Below, one piece after another: positions 42,101-52,505 of a stretch of DNA of 64,000 nucleotides; position 1 is the first letter of the stretch; the number at the start of each line of letters is the position of its first letter. The DNA lies in assembly GCA_965637545.1 (NCBI GenBank), contig OZ281501.1, forward strand, positions 15,190,001 to 15,254,000. Reading direction: 5' to 3'. This DNA is from Phallusia mammillata. Taxonomy: Eukaryota. The position numbers were made by a program, and so were the translations under genes. The notes under the pieces are model-generated. The model searched no databases and was not told the origin of the DNA. It saw only the letters and a list, made by a program, of their open reading frames with translations.

Positions 42101-45100
42101 AATTCGTCAATAATGGATTTGGTTTCTTGTGTGGAGACAGAGGACTTTTCACAACAGGAAAAATCTGCCGCTTCAATTGAGCTTGTTTGCTCAGAAAATA
42201 AAGAAGCTTTTTCTATTGATGACGATGTTGTGCCTCCTGAGAAGAAGAATTCAAGTAGCGAAAAATATGAGATCTTTTCTGAGAAAGATGTGTCTTTAGC
42301 AGATGATGCTACTCCGCCCCAGGGAAGCATTGGAGGATCACAGGGTCTGGTGGATTGCCTCCATCATGCCTACGACACAACTTGCATCATCCAGGACATC
42401 AGTCCACCTGTGGAAGAGACGAAGACCACGATAGTCGTTGACGCTAAGACTGGGGAGACAGTCACCATGAGCAGTAAGAAAATGGAAATTATAACAACCT
42501 CCTTCAATGCAGAGGAGTCGAGGGACGCTCTGGAGCAGATCAAACTTCCACAGGAAACTACTGATGATAAGCTCGCTCGGATGTTTGGGTCTTTGTCTTC
42601 TGTTGAAGAGGGGGAAGAAGCTGTGACAAAAGTCGATGATGGTGAGGAGTTTCAGGAAGGTTTGTTCTTTGTAAAATAAAATTACAAAGCTTTTTAACTT
42701 AATATGTGAGTAAATAGGTCGAGAAAGCCTAAAACTAAACCAAGCCTGGATAGAATCACATAAAACGCAACTTTATTTAAAATTTGCTGACAAAGCACCA
42801 TGTTTTCTAAGAAATTCGTATACCGACTGGATGGAATCTGTTCGTTTATATAGCTCAAATTTAGTCACTTAATGGTTTATTCAGTAGTGATGCACCGAAC
42901 CTGCCTAAAAATGTTCGGGCGGAAGCCACATTTCGGCCGAAATCAGACCGAACCTAAAATCCCGTTATTATCAATGTTTTTAACTGAACCTTGTGTTGTT
43001 GATGCAAGTGAACCCAATTATGACAAACCAAAACCACTTTCACAATGCGGAAGCTTTACTAAACTTGAAATATTTTGCAGACAACGTGGCTCGTATTTTA
43101 TAGATACAACAAACAGTTAAATTATGATGTTTCGTATTGGCGAAAACAAAAGTTTAGTTATTAATTCCATGCAATCAAAAAGTTTGGTTTCGGCCGAATT
43201 TTCATCACAAGTTTATTGTGTATTTCGACTTCTTCACCGAAAAAGGATACGTATAGAATGGCTCCTGTTACTCATTGTTGCTTATTTGAATTTTTAGTTT
43301 ATTGTTGAAAAATGTTTATGTTACTTTTACATTTTTGTTGTTGGCAGTGTTTGAAACTGAGATAGTTCCAACAGCTGCAACTGAAGAACAGGTATATGTG
43401 TATGTCATAAACGTTTCTAATGGTAAAGATTCGATACGTTCATCCGGTTACCGTAAATCTATTTTTATCCAGTATGTAACATTGCAATCATATTCTGGTG
43501 TAAAAACAGTTATGTTTACTTGCGAGACAATTATGACGTTACAACAGATTAGTCTAAACATTTTTTATCAGAGAAAATCTAACCATTTTTTGTTCAATTT
43601 GTACCTCACAAAAAACGTATGTAATTCAAAGTGAACACACGAATCTACTTAGTTTATTCAAAGATTTCACACTCGATTTCGTGTTGCAGGTTATTGTCTT
43701 TGAAACCGTTACCACTGTGACGTCATACGATGACATCATCGAAAGTTGTGTCCAGGCTCTTGAAACAATTCATGAAACAAGTACCGTTGCTCTATGCAGT
43801 GATTCGGACGAAGAACATGAAATACATACAAGACAAGGGTGGGTTTTTGTAGGACTATATTCTCTAAGGGGCCGCAAAACACAAACTATGATTTGTTAAT
43901 GAAATTAAACTAACTTAATTAAATTTAAAAGTCGATGTAAATTTTTTTATTGCTGTCTTTACGTCTTTTTTACAGAGGGTTCTGTTTGTAAACAATTGCC
44001 AATTGTCAAGTTGTATGCAATTATCCGGAGCATTGCTATGCTAAAGTTGGCAATTTAGTATGCAATAAAACGATTAGGATGCAAATAAACGATAACGATA
44101 TGCTAAAGTTATCAATTTGAGGATGCAATGAAACACATTTACCATGATCATTTGTACATGTATCCAAAAGTTGTTATACAAGTTGCGTAACCAAACTAAC
44201 AAGTCTATGGAGCTCTTCTGGCAAACGTATTTTTATTCCGACGTTTCGACGTCCTATACAGGTCGTCTTCATCAGGGTAAATAACACAGAATGCGACTAG
44301 AACAGTGCACGATAAACAAAGGAAAAAAGAATGAAACGCAAGCACGTCACAACGCAACGAAAACACCGCGCGATAACGAATGATTGGGCCTCAATACGTT
44401 TGCCAGAAGAGCTCTATAGACTTGATACTATGCCTGGCAGCAACAGCTTATTTATTGTAACCAAACTAAGTTGAACATAAATTTATGACAGGCATCAGTC
44501 CTGAAGCGTTCATGTGCACACCAGCGCTCACGGCACACTCCATATTCAAATCATAGTACATCATGATTGGCGATTTACCTACAGTGTTACACAGGCTAGG
44601 TGATAAACTCTCCGAAACTTGAATTACAAGCTCCGTTTTACGCCTCGCATTTGTGATTAAAAAATGCCTTTTGCTCAACAGAAACTTTTCAAACCAACCA
44701 ACAACCAGAGATGGATTAAGCCCAGGTTTCAAGGAAGGTCTGCACAACCAGCAAGTTTATGCGGGAAGCACAGTTTATTTGCAATGTGTTGTAGCAGGTA
44801 AGCACAACAAGAGTTCCTAGTGGTAATTAAAGCACAGTATATCTGTGACTTGTAATTAGCTTTCAACAAAACTAAAAAAATGTATTATTAACATCTGCTC
44901 TGTTGCGATAAATGCTCAGCTTCACCTGCCCCATGTGTTGTCTGGAGCAAAGAAGGAAATAGTGAAGATGTGATGAGGTTGGATGATTCTATGCCTGGCA
45001 TCAATATGACCTTTTTGCACATGTAAGTTTTTTTCAAATTATTTCCTTATATATGGCGTTAAAAAATAAAATGGCACGACCTATTTTTATGTGGCAAATG

Positions 45101-48100
45101 AGTACTGCAACATAATACAAAACATTTGCAATACCAATTTTATTTTTATTTTGGTTAGGTCTGAAAACCTTACTCAGTGTACTCTGGTACTCGATAACGT
45201 AACGCTACTCGACTCTGGCCTCTACTCCTGTCAAGCAAGTAACTCGCACGGACAGAGTTCGTGCTCTGCTGTCGTCCAAGTCCACGATGAAAGTGATGAC
45301 GTAGTTTTTACGTCAGACAACGTCACAAACGATCAGGTTTTTATAACATCGCCAAAAATATTTCGAAAATAACTGCAAATTCATGCAACGAAATATTTTC
45401 TTAAGATATCGGATGACGTCATATCAGGTGATGTCACTCCAACCGGTGTACTGGGTGACGTATACACGAGTGATGATGACGTTTCAATTTCAATGCCGCC
45501 GCCTAGTGAAAGAAGCTGTTCTTTTCAAGCACATTTTTGCAAACTTGATGAGACGAAAAGCATTTATTCGGAACGTGGTGTGCAGGCCGTTGTGGATAAT
45601 GCCGACAAAATGAGCATGGCTTCTGGTAGTTTAAGTTTTCCAATTGTAAACTATTTTTCCTTTTTTTCAAATATAACAATAACAAAAAAAGGCAGAAGAT
45701 TAATAAACATAAAACGTTAAACTTTTGACGTTGAAACACATTTAGAATAAAGACTAAACAAACTGCGACTGTACACCAACTGCAAATTAAAAAGTCATGC
45801 AAGTTGCCACATTGACAAACTCAGCCATGTGTGAAACTCATTCACGCACAAATAAAACTATAACAACAGAATTCAGTTGGGGACAAAATTGATGTTGAAA
45901 CAAATTCTTTAAAAATCCGAAATGAAAAGAAATGATCTACAAATAACGTCCTACCTAACCTCCTCTACATAACTTCTGAAAGAGTCTTTTTGTTTTGCAG
46001 TATTGGCATACTGATGGTGATTAAATGCTAGAACCTCAAGCTAAGCTTGTCCACTAAAAGTTTTAGTACTTGTCATGTTTTGTGTTAAGAAATATTGGAA
46101 AAAACTGATAAAATTTAACAATGAAAATAACGGCCCAAACAAAAGAAGTCACATGCTTTATTGAATGGATCCGTACATAGTGTTCTCAATGAAAAACGAT
46201 AATTACTTCATCTATGCTTTCCAGCTTCTACCAAACCACTCAAGATTCATGTCCTTGAAAGTATCGTTGTCCGAGAGACCTTCGAGTCAACTGAGAGCTG
46301 CAGTTGCACAGACAGTGAGTCGGATTCCTCGAGCAACTCGCCTGTTCGAAGACGGCAAAAAACATCTGCTCCTCAATACCATGAAGTAGCTGTAAAGCGA
46401 TTTTCAAGACCAGTTACTTCCTGTTTGTCCGATTCGGAATCGGATGATGAAAGTTACCGTTCGTCGGTAGTTAAAGTAAGACTTTTTCGGCGTTTTTATT
46501 TAGGATTTAGTACACAATATTAAAACAGAATTGAACGTTTGACGATTTCGGTAAATTATCGTTTCGTTTCATTGCAAACTGAACATCAATCTTCAGACCA
46601 GCAGTGATTTTCAACCGGTTTTCCGTGAAAGATCGTCAGGTGTTCCGCAAGAAATATGTTGGTTTAATTAGTATTCCATAGAAGCAATGGGCATAAATTG
46701 CTTTTCTTTTTTGTGAAAATGATTGCCTGCTATCACCAGTTTGAATGTTCCATTTTGATTTGCAACATTTATCGCTGTGTAATAGTAAGACTCATGAAAC
46801 AATAATAATGTAATTGGGTGGGCCTATTGCTGCTTAAGTACAGTACAATACAGTAGTTGAGTGAGAGCTTGTTTACTTTATAGCATCTTTATATTTCGTT
46901 TGGTGCTCCACAAGGTTATTTTAATGCATAAAGGTGTTCCGTGGCCCCCAAACGATAAAAAACACTGCTGTAGTCAACAGTTGGGAATTTATTTTTAGTT
47001 TACTGCGAGGTTGATACGTATATGCTATTATCCAGCGCAACACACTATATAACTAAATGTTGTAGAAGAGACTAATTCTGTTTAAGTTGTGGTACTTTGT
47101 TATCTGACCAACATCTTACAATGATTTCAAATAAAATCTAATTGGCGTCTAATTTTTTGTTTAACATATCTTGATTCAAAATCGATCTCAAGATATTGTT
47201 ACAAAAGGTTACGGAGTGTATTCTGTTGACAAAACATTTTGTGAATATGAGATACTATCAAAATAAAAACCCTTTAAATCTTCGTTCCTCTAGACCCCGG
47301 AAGTGTATTATGCTGTAAGAGGTTATGGCGCTTCCGGTCGTGACAGCGCCACCTTGCAGCTAACTAGTGGCCAAGCTGTTGAAGTGATGGATGTCAGTTG
47401 CAGTAAGGAGTGGTTGGTGAGAACGAAGCCCAACAAGCATAATCCAGTACGGTAAGCTATGTATGTAAAAATTGACAAGTTCCGAGAAACATTGTTGACG
47501 CCAGGCAAGGAGCACATGCAATTTATCATTACTATTTTTTTCTGTGTACTATTGAAAGTGAAAAATAACAGGGCATATTATATGTGTATAATACAATGGT
47601 AAACACAAAGCTTCCGACAGTTTGTGCTACTGTCAAGGTAATAACCTGCATAGGTGTTTTTCATTTGGAACACATTGGATTTTTCCAGTTTTTCGAAATT
47701 TAAGAACAGTACACAGTGCATACTCTTCGTCAAACTTTACATTTTCAAAAAAACATTACTTTAGGATGGGGTTTGTGGACCCCGCATTTCTCGCCCCACA
47801 TCACTTTACCCCCTCACCAGCCCCACCTCGGGTGCTGGAAGAATCCTTTCCGTCAGCCACTAGGACGACTGAGTTCCTCACGGGGCGCGAAACATCCGGA
47901 TTGGTCGAGGACAAATTTCAATTCCCCAATTACGTCGACGAGTTTGATCACGTGATCGCTAGTGAAGATGAACTTATGTCGGCTTGTTCAAACCCTAGTA
48001 AACGGTAGCTCCCAATGTTTTGCATAACTATAATAATATTGTTGATAATACTGATTTTTGTTTTAGTTAAATTCCATCGCAGAAACAGTCTAATTTCTTC

Positions 48101-51100
48101 ATTTTGAGTAATTAGAAATAACAGTTTGAACAAAGTTATTTAGAACTCAGCAAGAACTTGTCTTTTACTACGCTTGTCCGTTTTATACTTATATATTCAA
48201 CATTACAGAAACCACGTGGTTAATCTAATTCAAGAGGAAAAGCACTTCATTGTTTGCTTACGTAAAGCTATACACGTGATCAAAACCTGTCCAATCATAT
48301 CAGCGCCTGTGGAAAGCCACGCCCAGCAGCTTTTCGGAGATCTAGAGGGATTGGAACATTTTCATACAACGTAAATTGTAGTAACTAATACAAGTAAACT
48401 GTGTGTGTTATTAGTACACTGGTTTAGAAATGTATAAAACAGTTAAAATAGAAGGGATGTGGGCGTGTGTATGTATGTGTATGTGTTTTCTACTAGCACA
48501 AAATGCAATAAATTTTGGATATTCGCACATAATTTGACAATCATTGCGATTAACCGGAATATCTGATGCAATTTACTGAAATCGTGTGAAATTAATTAGA
48601 CATGTCTCCTATCCTCAAGCAATAAAAAGGCTTTGTTTCTGTATCTTTTTTAGTGAAATCCTTCCCGATTTGGCGTCAATCCAAACTCAACCTCATCTAC
48701 TTCCTCACGTTTTTTTAAAACACCACGAAACATTTGAGGTAACTATACAACTGGACAACTATACAACTGGACAAAAACTATTTTTTTGTTTTAATATGTT
48801 TTCAAGTAGATGTAAGGTAGCTTATCGTAGTTCCCTCCTACAGTTCAGTGTGGAGTTTCCTTGGATTTGAAACATCTGCATTAGAGTGTATTTACCTTCT
48901 ACTAGCTCTTTGGTATTTTTGCTGTTTTAGTTCATGTTTAATGGTTCGAGGCTTTCTAATTGTCCCCTTGTACTGAAAAAAGTAGCTGTTGATAAAGCAT
49001 TTCAAAAGCAATACTACGATGTTTATGGTACAACTGCAGCAAAAAGTGAACCTCCGTATTTTCACAGCAACTTCACTTGTCTTACGTCATGAATACAAGT
49101 GATGCGTCATCGTTAGTTCAGGATGACGAAACAATAGCTGACGGTTTGTCAGAATTGTCGCTACAGACAGGAGTGTCGATGATGGAAATCCCGCAAACAA
49201 CTCTGCAACATTTGGTGCTTTACCAGTATTATCTAAAGGTACGGTATCAAAAAAGTAAAATTTTATTGACAAAAACTAAACCATAAAAAAACTAGTATGG
49301 GTAAACACAAAGAATATCGGTTGCCACATTTTTCATTCCTTTCGTTTGAAACCGTATCAAATTGACTGTGCAATTGACGTGGTTTTTGTTGCATATTAAA
49401 TATCTCTAAATTTGCATGCTATTGCCTGGAAGTTTACCGTTGGATTTTGTTTGAGCAAAAAAATGCCTTTACATTTGACACATACAATGCTCTCACCTCC
49501 TTTTTAAGGAAATTTTTGTCTCTATACGGTGTCAAAGGTATTCAAAAATATGCTGTTTTCAAAACATTCCAAAACTTACTGTGATTAAGGTATCTGATCA
49601 TACCAGTGTGTTTTCTCTTTCTAATAGATGTTTTCAAACAACTTGGTTTGCTCTTAGAAATTGTTGCATTATGAAGACACGCCGCAGACCATCGTTCGAC
49701 CAATCAGGGACGCCGTTCAGCTTTTATCTGATATTCCCAACAAGGCGAGAACAACTAAGTTATGGTCGCAGATGAGGGGAAGACCCAAGCAATCTGACTT
49801 GCTAGGAAAGTTGATTAAAGAAGGTAGGCAGAAAAAATTTCATTTGTTAGCTGTGTTTATTGCCAAGGTTGCAACAACCTAAAAATGTACCAAATGTAAA
49901 ACTAATTATTAGAAGTTACTAAGGACGTTAAGAACCAGTTCAACTACTTGGTGTTGTCAATAACGTTTTATTCTTGGCGTTTTAGTTTTATACCATCTTA
50001 TACATTTTAACTTAAGCTTAACCGATACTGTTGATCAAATATCTCTCCATATTTTCTGTGAAATTTATACCTCATTTATTTTTTGGGGGATTAATAACTC
50101 AAATATATTACTTGTTGCGTACATAAAAAAATAATCAAAATAATAAAATAGGTATATAGACAACAGTAGATTACTATACGAACACAATACAATCTATTGC
50201 TAAATGTAAGTGACAAATACTTAAATTTGTCAAATTTATCTCTTAAAATGTTCCTGTACACTGTAAATTACTTACAAAGCTTGCTCACATTTAAACCTGG
50301 GTGGCCTTGTGCTACAAAGGTGTCAAAATAATTTTTCCTCCGTATAAACGTTCGTTAATGATAACAGTATGTAGTTAAATCTATTGTTATGTGCCGTAAG
50401 TCGGTCCCAAACGCACAATAACCTTTTCACACACCGAAAAACTTCAGGTGTCGTTGGAACGTCCAACCCTGATGACGTCAGAAAAAGTGGGCGCTGGCGA
50501 TTTCGTCGCGTGCTTTTATTCGAGAATTGCCTGGTAATCGCTAAACTCCACTCCGTCACATCGAGATCGTATTCCGACGGTTCCGATTTCGAGCAGATAC
50601 TACAGGTAAAGTTGTTTGTTAAATACAAAGGTGCAACACAGCCCCTACGGACCAAAATAATCCCTTATAGACACGCTTTAAATTTAAGAGTTAGCGAAAA
50701 AAATGAAATGTTTGCTTTAAACATGACTGCAGCGGGAGCACACTAGCGTAACAGCACCGGTTTAACTGGTTTGCAGTTGTCACTTTGAACCATTATCGTA
50801 ACATCCTTTTGGTACCTGATCGAAGTAAAGTTTAGGGTACTGTTTGTTGGAAGTTTTTAAGTTACTGAAGGAATGAGATCATTTCTCATTCACAAGATGA
50901 TCCGTTTACTTGCATGACAATTGTAAATCAAAGATTATCGGAAGATTTTAATCCGATTAATTGCATAAAAACTGAAAAATGGATTTTCGATAAACCGGAT
51001 TTTTTTCATCTCTAAATACTTTAACGCAGACTGACAGCATGATAATAGAATCGGATGATACCAACTTACAATCTCGAGTTATGATTCTCACATCGACCGA

Positions 51101-52505
51101 GTCTGGCCTCGGAGTGGCGCTGTGGCGTCTTGCGCTTAAGACAAAAACCGAAGCATCGAAGAAATTATGGATTCGACAACTCCAAAAGGCGATTCACTAC
51201 ACAATAAGACCATCCTTATCAGGTTTGACTGCTTTTTGTATTTTGCAGTTGCCCAATAAACACAGTTTAAATCCCTCCATCCGTTGACCAGAAGCCACTT
51301 GGTTAGTCTTTGATAAACCAGGTTTGTCGGTAAACTACGAATAATTTCATGCTAAAGAAAGAATTAGAGAGCATGCGTAGGGGTTTAGGGAACGAAAAAA
51401 GCTAAATTTGCGGAAAACATTTCCGCCTAAAAAACGGGTATTCGTTCGACTTCCTTATATCCCCAAAATAACAGGCGAACGTCACCGCATGCTGACGGAC
51501 TTCGGCGTTAATGTAGATGTTAAACTATTCCAAGACTTCAGTTATTGCGACATCCTAAAGACCAAGAGAGGTGGTCTATTTTCTACCGTGTGCTGGTTGC
51601 AACATAGTGTATGTAGGAGAGACGGTTTTGGTCATGTTGCTCAACACGCGACTGAAAGAACATCGACAAGATATAGCGAACGAGGATTCAAAGAAATCGG
51701 TCTCGGCTAACCAAGCTACTGTGCAGCACAACATCAATTTTGCTATTGCTGTAGTGATTGCCTGAGAAACTTCTCACAAGAAACGAGGGTTCATGGAAAA
51801 CTTACTTTCGCGCTAACAAGAAACTAATCTTTGAAGCTGATTAGCTTTTGATCCTTTTTGCACCTATATCTATAGTTCTTATAAAAGTTTATTATTGTGT
51901 GTATGTCACCTTTTGTGTGTTATTACCCTGTTTATAAGTGATGAGAACGACTGTTTTCGGTAGTGCTCTATTACCCTAATGTAGACGCTTCGAAAAGACG
52001 TGGAAACGTCGGTTAAGTAATTCACAATTGCCGGTTAATCTGGCGAAAATATATGCTTAATGAGCAATTTGCACTTTCAGTGCATTTAATATTCCATCAA
52101 AATTTCTACCAGTGCCTCTTTTGTATTTACTTCTTTTTCTTTCTTTAGCGTCGCCGCGTTTTTCTCTTCCCATCAGTGATGTCACAGTCAATGAAGGCGG
52201 TGACGTGACGTTATTTTGTTACGTCACAAACAAGCCGGACACTGGAGTTGTTTGGAGCAAAGGTGGAAAAGTAAAAATACGAAAATCCAAGCAACCGATG
52301 CAATTACATTTTAATTGCAGGTGACCAAGTTGTCATGGAAACCGATATTTGCGTGAAGTCAGTGGAGCGCGACGACGGGTATTGTGCCCTGTATTTACGT
52401 CACGTGACTGTCGATGACGCCGGTGTCTACCGATGTATGACGGCGAGCGGGGGCTTGAGTGAGATTTCTTCCTGTGCCGAAGTTACTGTGACAACGATGG
52501 AGTAG
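18158..52505 (+). CDS. OBSCN: Obscurin-like giant Ig/FN3 RhoGEF protein (about 25 Ig, 2 FN3, SH3, DH, PH, Ig); 65 exons, about 4000 aa
   Basis: Exons: 18158-18628, 19020-19197, 19656-19715, 19856-20054, 20211-20403, 20670-20863, 21043-21136, 21279-21552, 22081-22217, 22531-22711, 22964-23079, 23533-23729, 23840-23963, 24294-24433, 24669-24807, 25148-25283, 25733-25872, 26313-26431, 26987-27104, 27503-27710, 28019-28157, 28257-28466, 28720-28852, 29012-29161, 29466-29600, 29913-30064, 30253-30370, 30638-30751, 31093-31248, 31567-31711, 32658-32785, 33030-33154, 33538-33697, 33767-33909, 34239-34457, 34527-34669, 35095-35275, 35490-35594, 35677-35820, 36402-36597, 37073-37289, 37609-37857, 38250-38397, 38924-39072, 39469-39649, 40024-40961, 41368-41514, 41785-42659, 43348-43391, 43690-43838, 44682-44797, 44920-45022, 45159-45336, 45406-45625, 46225-46475, 47294-47451, 47765-48004, 48209-48370, 48654-48738, 49068-49238, 49658-49823, 50448-50605, 51030-51222, 52149-52262, 52321-52505. 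The sum is 12011 nt, which with one upstream base gives 4004 codons in one frame. The domain order and the SH3 motif WLVRTKP are obscurin-like. Confidence 0.88.
21730..21830 (+). mobile_element. Degenerate tRNA-derived SINE body (resembles Ciona Cics-type SINEs from memory)
   Basis: A B-box remnant GGTTTTAATCC is followed by GTGTTTCCCTGAGCAAGAAACTT...CATTGCTCCAACCCAGTGG. The family name is recalled, not searched. Confidence 0.5.
26614..26793. mobile_element. hAT MITE, 180 bp
   Basis: TIRs CAGTGTTTTTTTAAGGT / ACCTTAAAAAAAACCTG, with a perfect 8-bp TSD TTGCTAAA (26606-26613 and 26794-26801). Confidence 0.8.
31951..32212. mobile_element. hAT-like MITE, degenerate
   Basis: CAGTGGTTCT... / ...TGAGAACCCTTG termini with internal GGACCAC repeats. 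The TSD is not preserved. Confidence 0.5.
37393..37540 (+). mobile_element. tRNA-derived SINE or tRNA pseudogene
   Basis: 37393-37466 folds tRNA-like, with A box TAGCACAGTTGGTAGAGC, perfect T arm GTGGG-TTCGAAT-CCCAC and partial acceptor stem GCCTGTA/CGCAGGT. The anticodon arm is disrupted. Confidence 0.65.
41004..41165. mobile_element. Tc1/mariner (pogo/Tigger-like) MITE, 162 bp
   Basis: TIRs CAGTGAACCTCGGTTAA / TTAACCGAGGTTTACTG (16 of 17 match), flanked by a TA duplication. Confidence 0.85.
42885..43210. mobile_element. Probable hAT-like MITE
   Basis: TAGTGATGCACCGAA at the left end and TTCGGCCGAA...CATCACAA at the right end, with subterminal CCGAA/TTCGG repeats. No clear TSD. Confidence 0.45.
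44200..44450 (-). mobile_element. Short Penelope-related non-autonomous element with a 32-bp inverted repeat
   Basis: 44200-44231 (CAAGTCTATGGAGCTCTTCTGGCAAACGTATT) and 44393-44424 are inverted repeats with one mismatch and flank the hammerhead motif. The same tail sequence follows the copy at about 7175-7240. Confidence 0.6.
44233..44285 (-). ncRNA. Minimal type I hammerhead ribozyme motif (Penelope-type) with intact core
   Basis: The minus strand reads UUAUUUACC-CUGAUGA-A-GACGACC-UGUAUA-GGACGUC-GAAA-C-GUC-GGAAUAA. This gives the full core, a 6-of-7-bp stem II, a bulged stem I, a loopless palindromic stem III (ACGU) and a GUC cleavage triplet. Confidence 0.7.
46602..46967. mobile_element. 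Probable hAT-like MITE
   Basis: CAGTGATTTTCAACC / CGATAAAAAACACTG imperfect TIRs. No TSD match. Confidence 0.45.
47294..51222 (+). other. SH3-DH-PH RhoGEF module of the obscurin-like protein
   Basis: SH3: YYAVRGY...GQAVEVMD...WLVRTKP...MGFVDPAFL. DH: HVVNLIQEEKHFIVCL...LFGDLEGLEHFH...LYQYYLKKLL. PH: LGKLIKEG...FRRVLLFENCLVIAK...KKLWIRQLQKAI. Confidence 0.8.
51400..52030 (+). mobile_element. Decayed Penelope-like retroelement 3' fragment (GIY-YIG endonuclease plus degenerate hammerhead)
   Basis: LPYIPKITGE, then after a frameshift VVYFLPCAGCNIVYVGET...RLKEH, a premature stop, then KRGFME. A hammerhead remnant CUAAUGU-A-GACG...ACGU-G-GAAACGUC lies at 51976-52010. Confidence 0.8.

Noticed and set aside
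44466-44747. Minus-strand 93-aa ORF
   Set aside because: It overlaps a plus-strand obscurin exon in antisense and has no domain signal.
45500-45560. FQAHF as a possible IQ motif
   Set aside because: It lacks the RG and downstream basic residues of IQxxxRGxxxR.
48739-48780. Short direct repeats here and at about 24460-24510 and 44040-44130
   Set aside because: Two-copy slippage duplications with no spacer structure; not CRISPR-like or otherwise informative.
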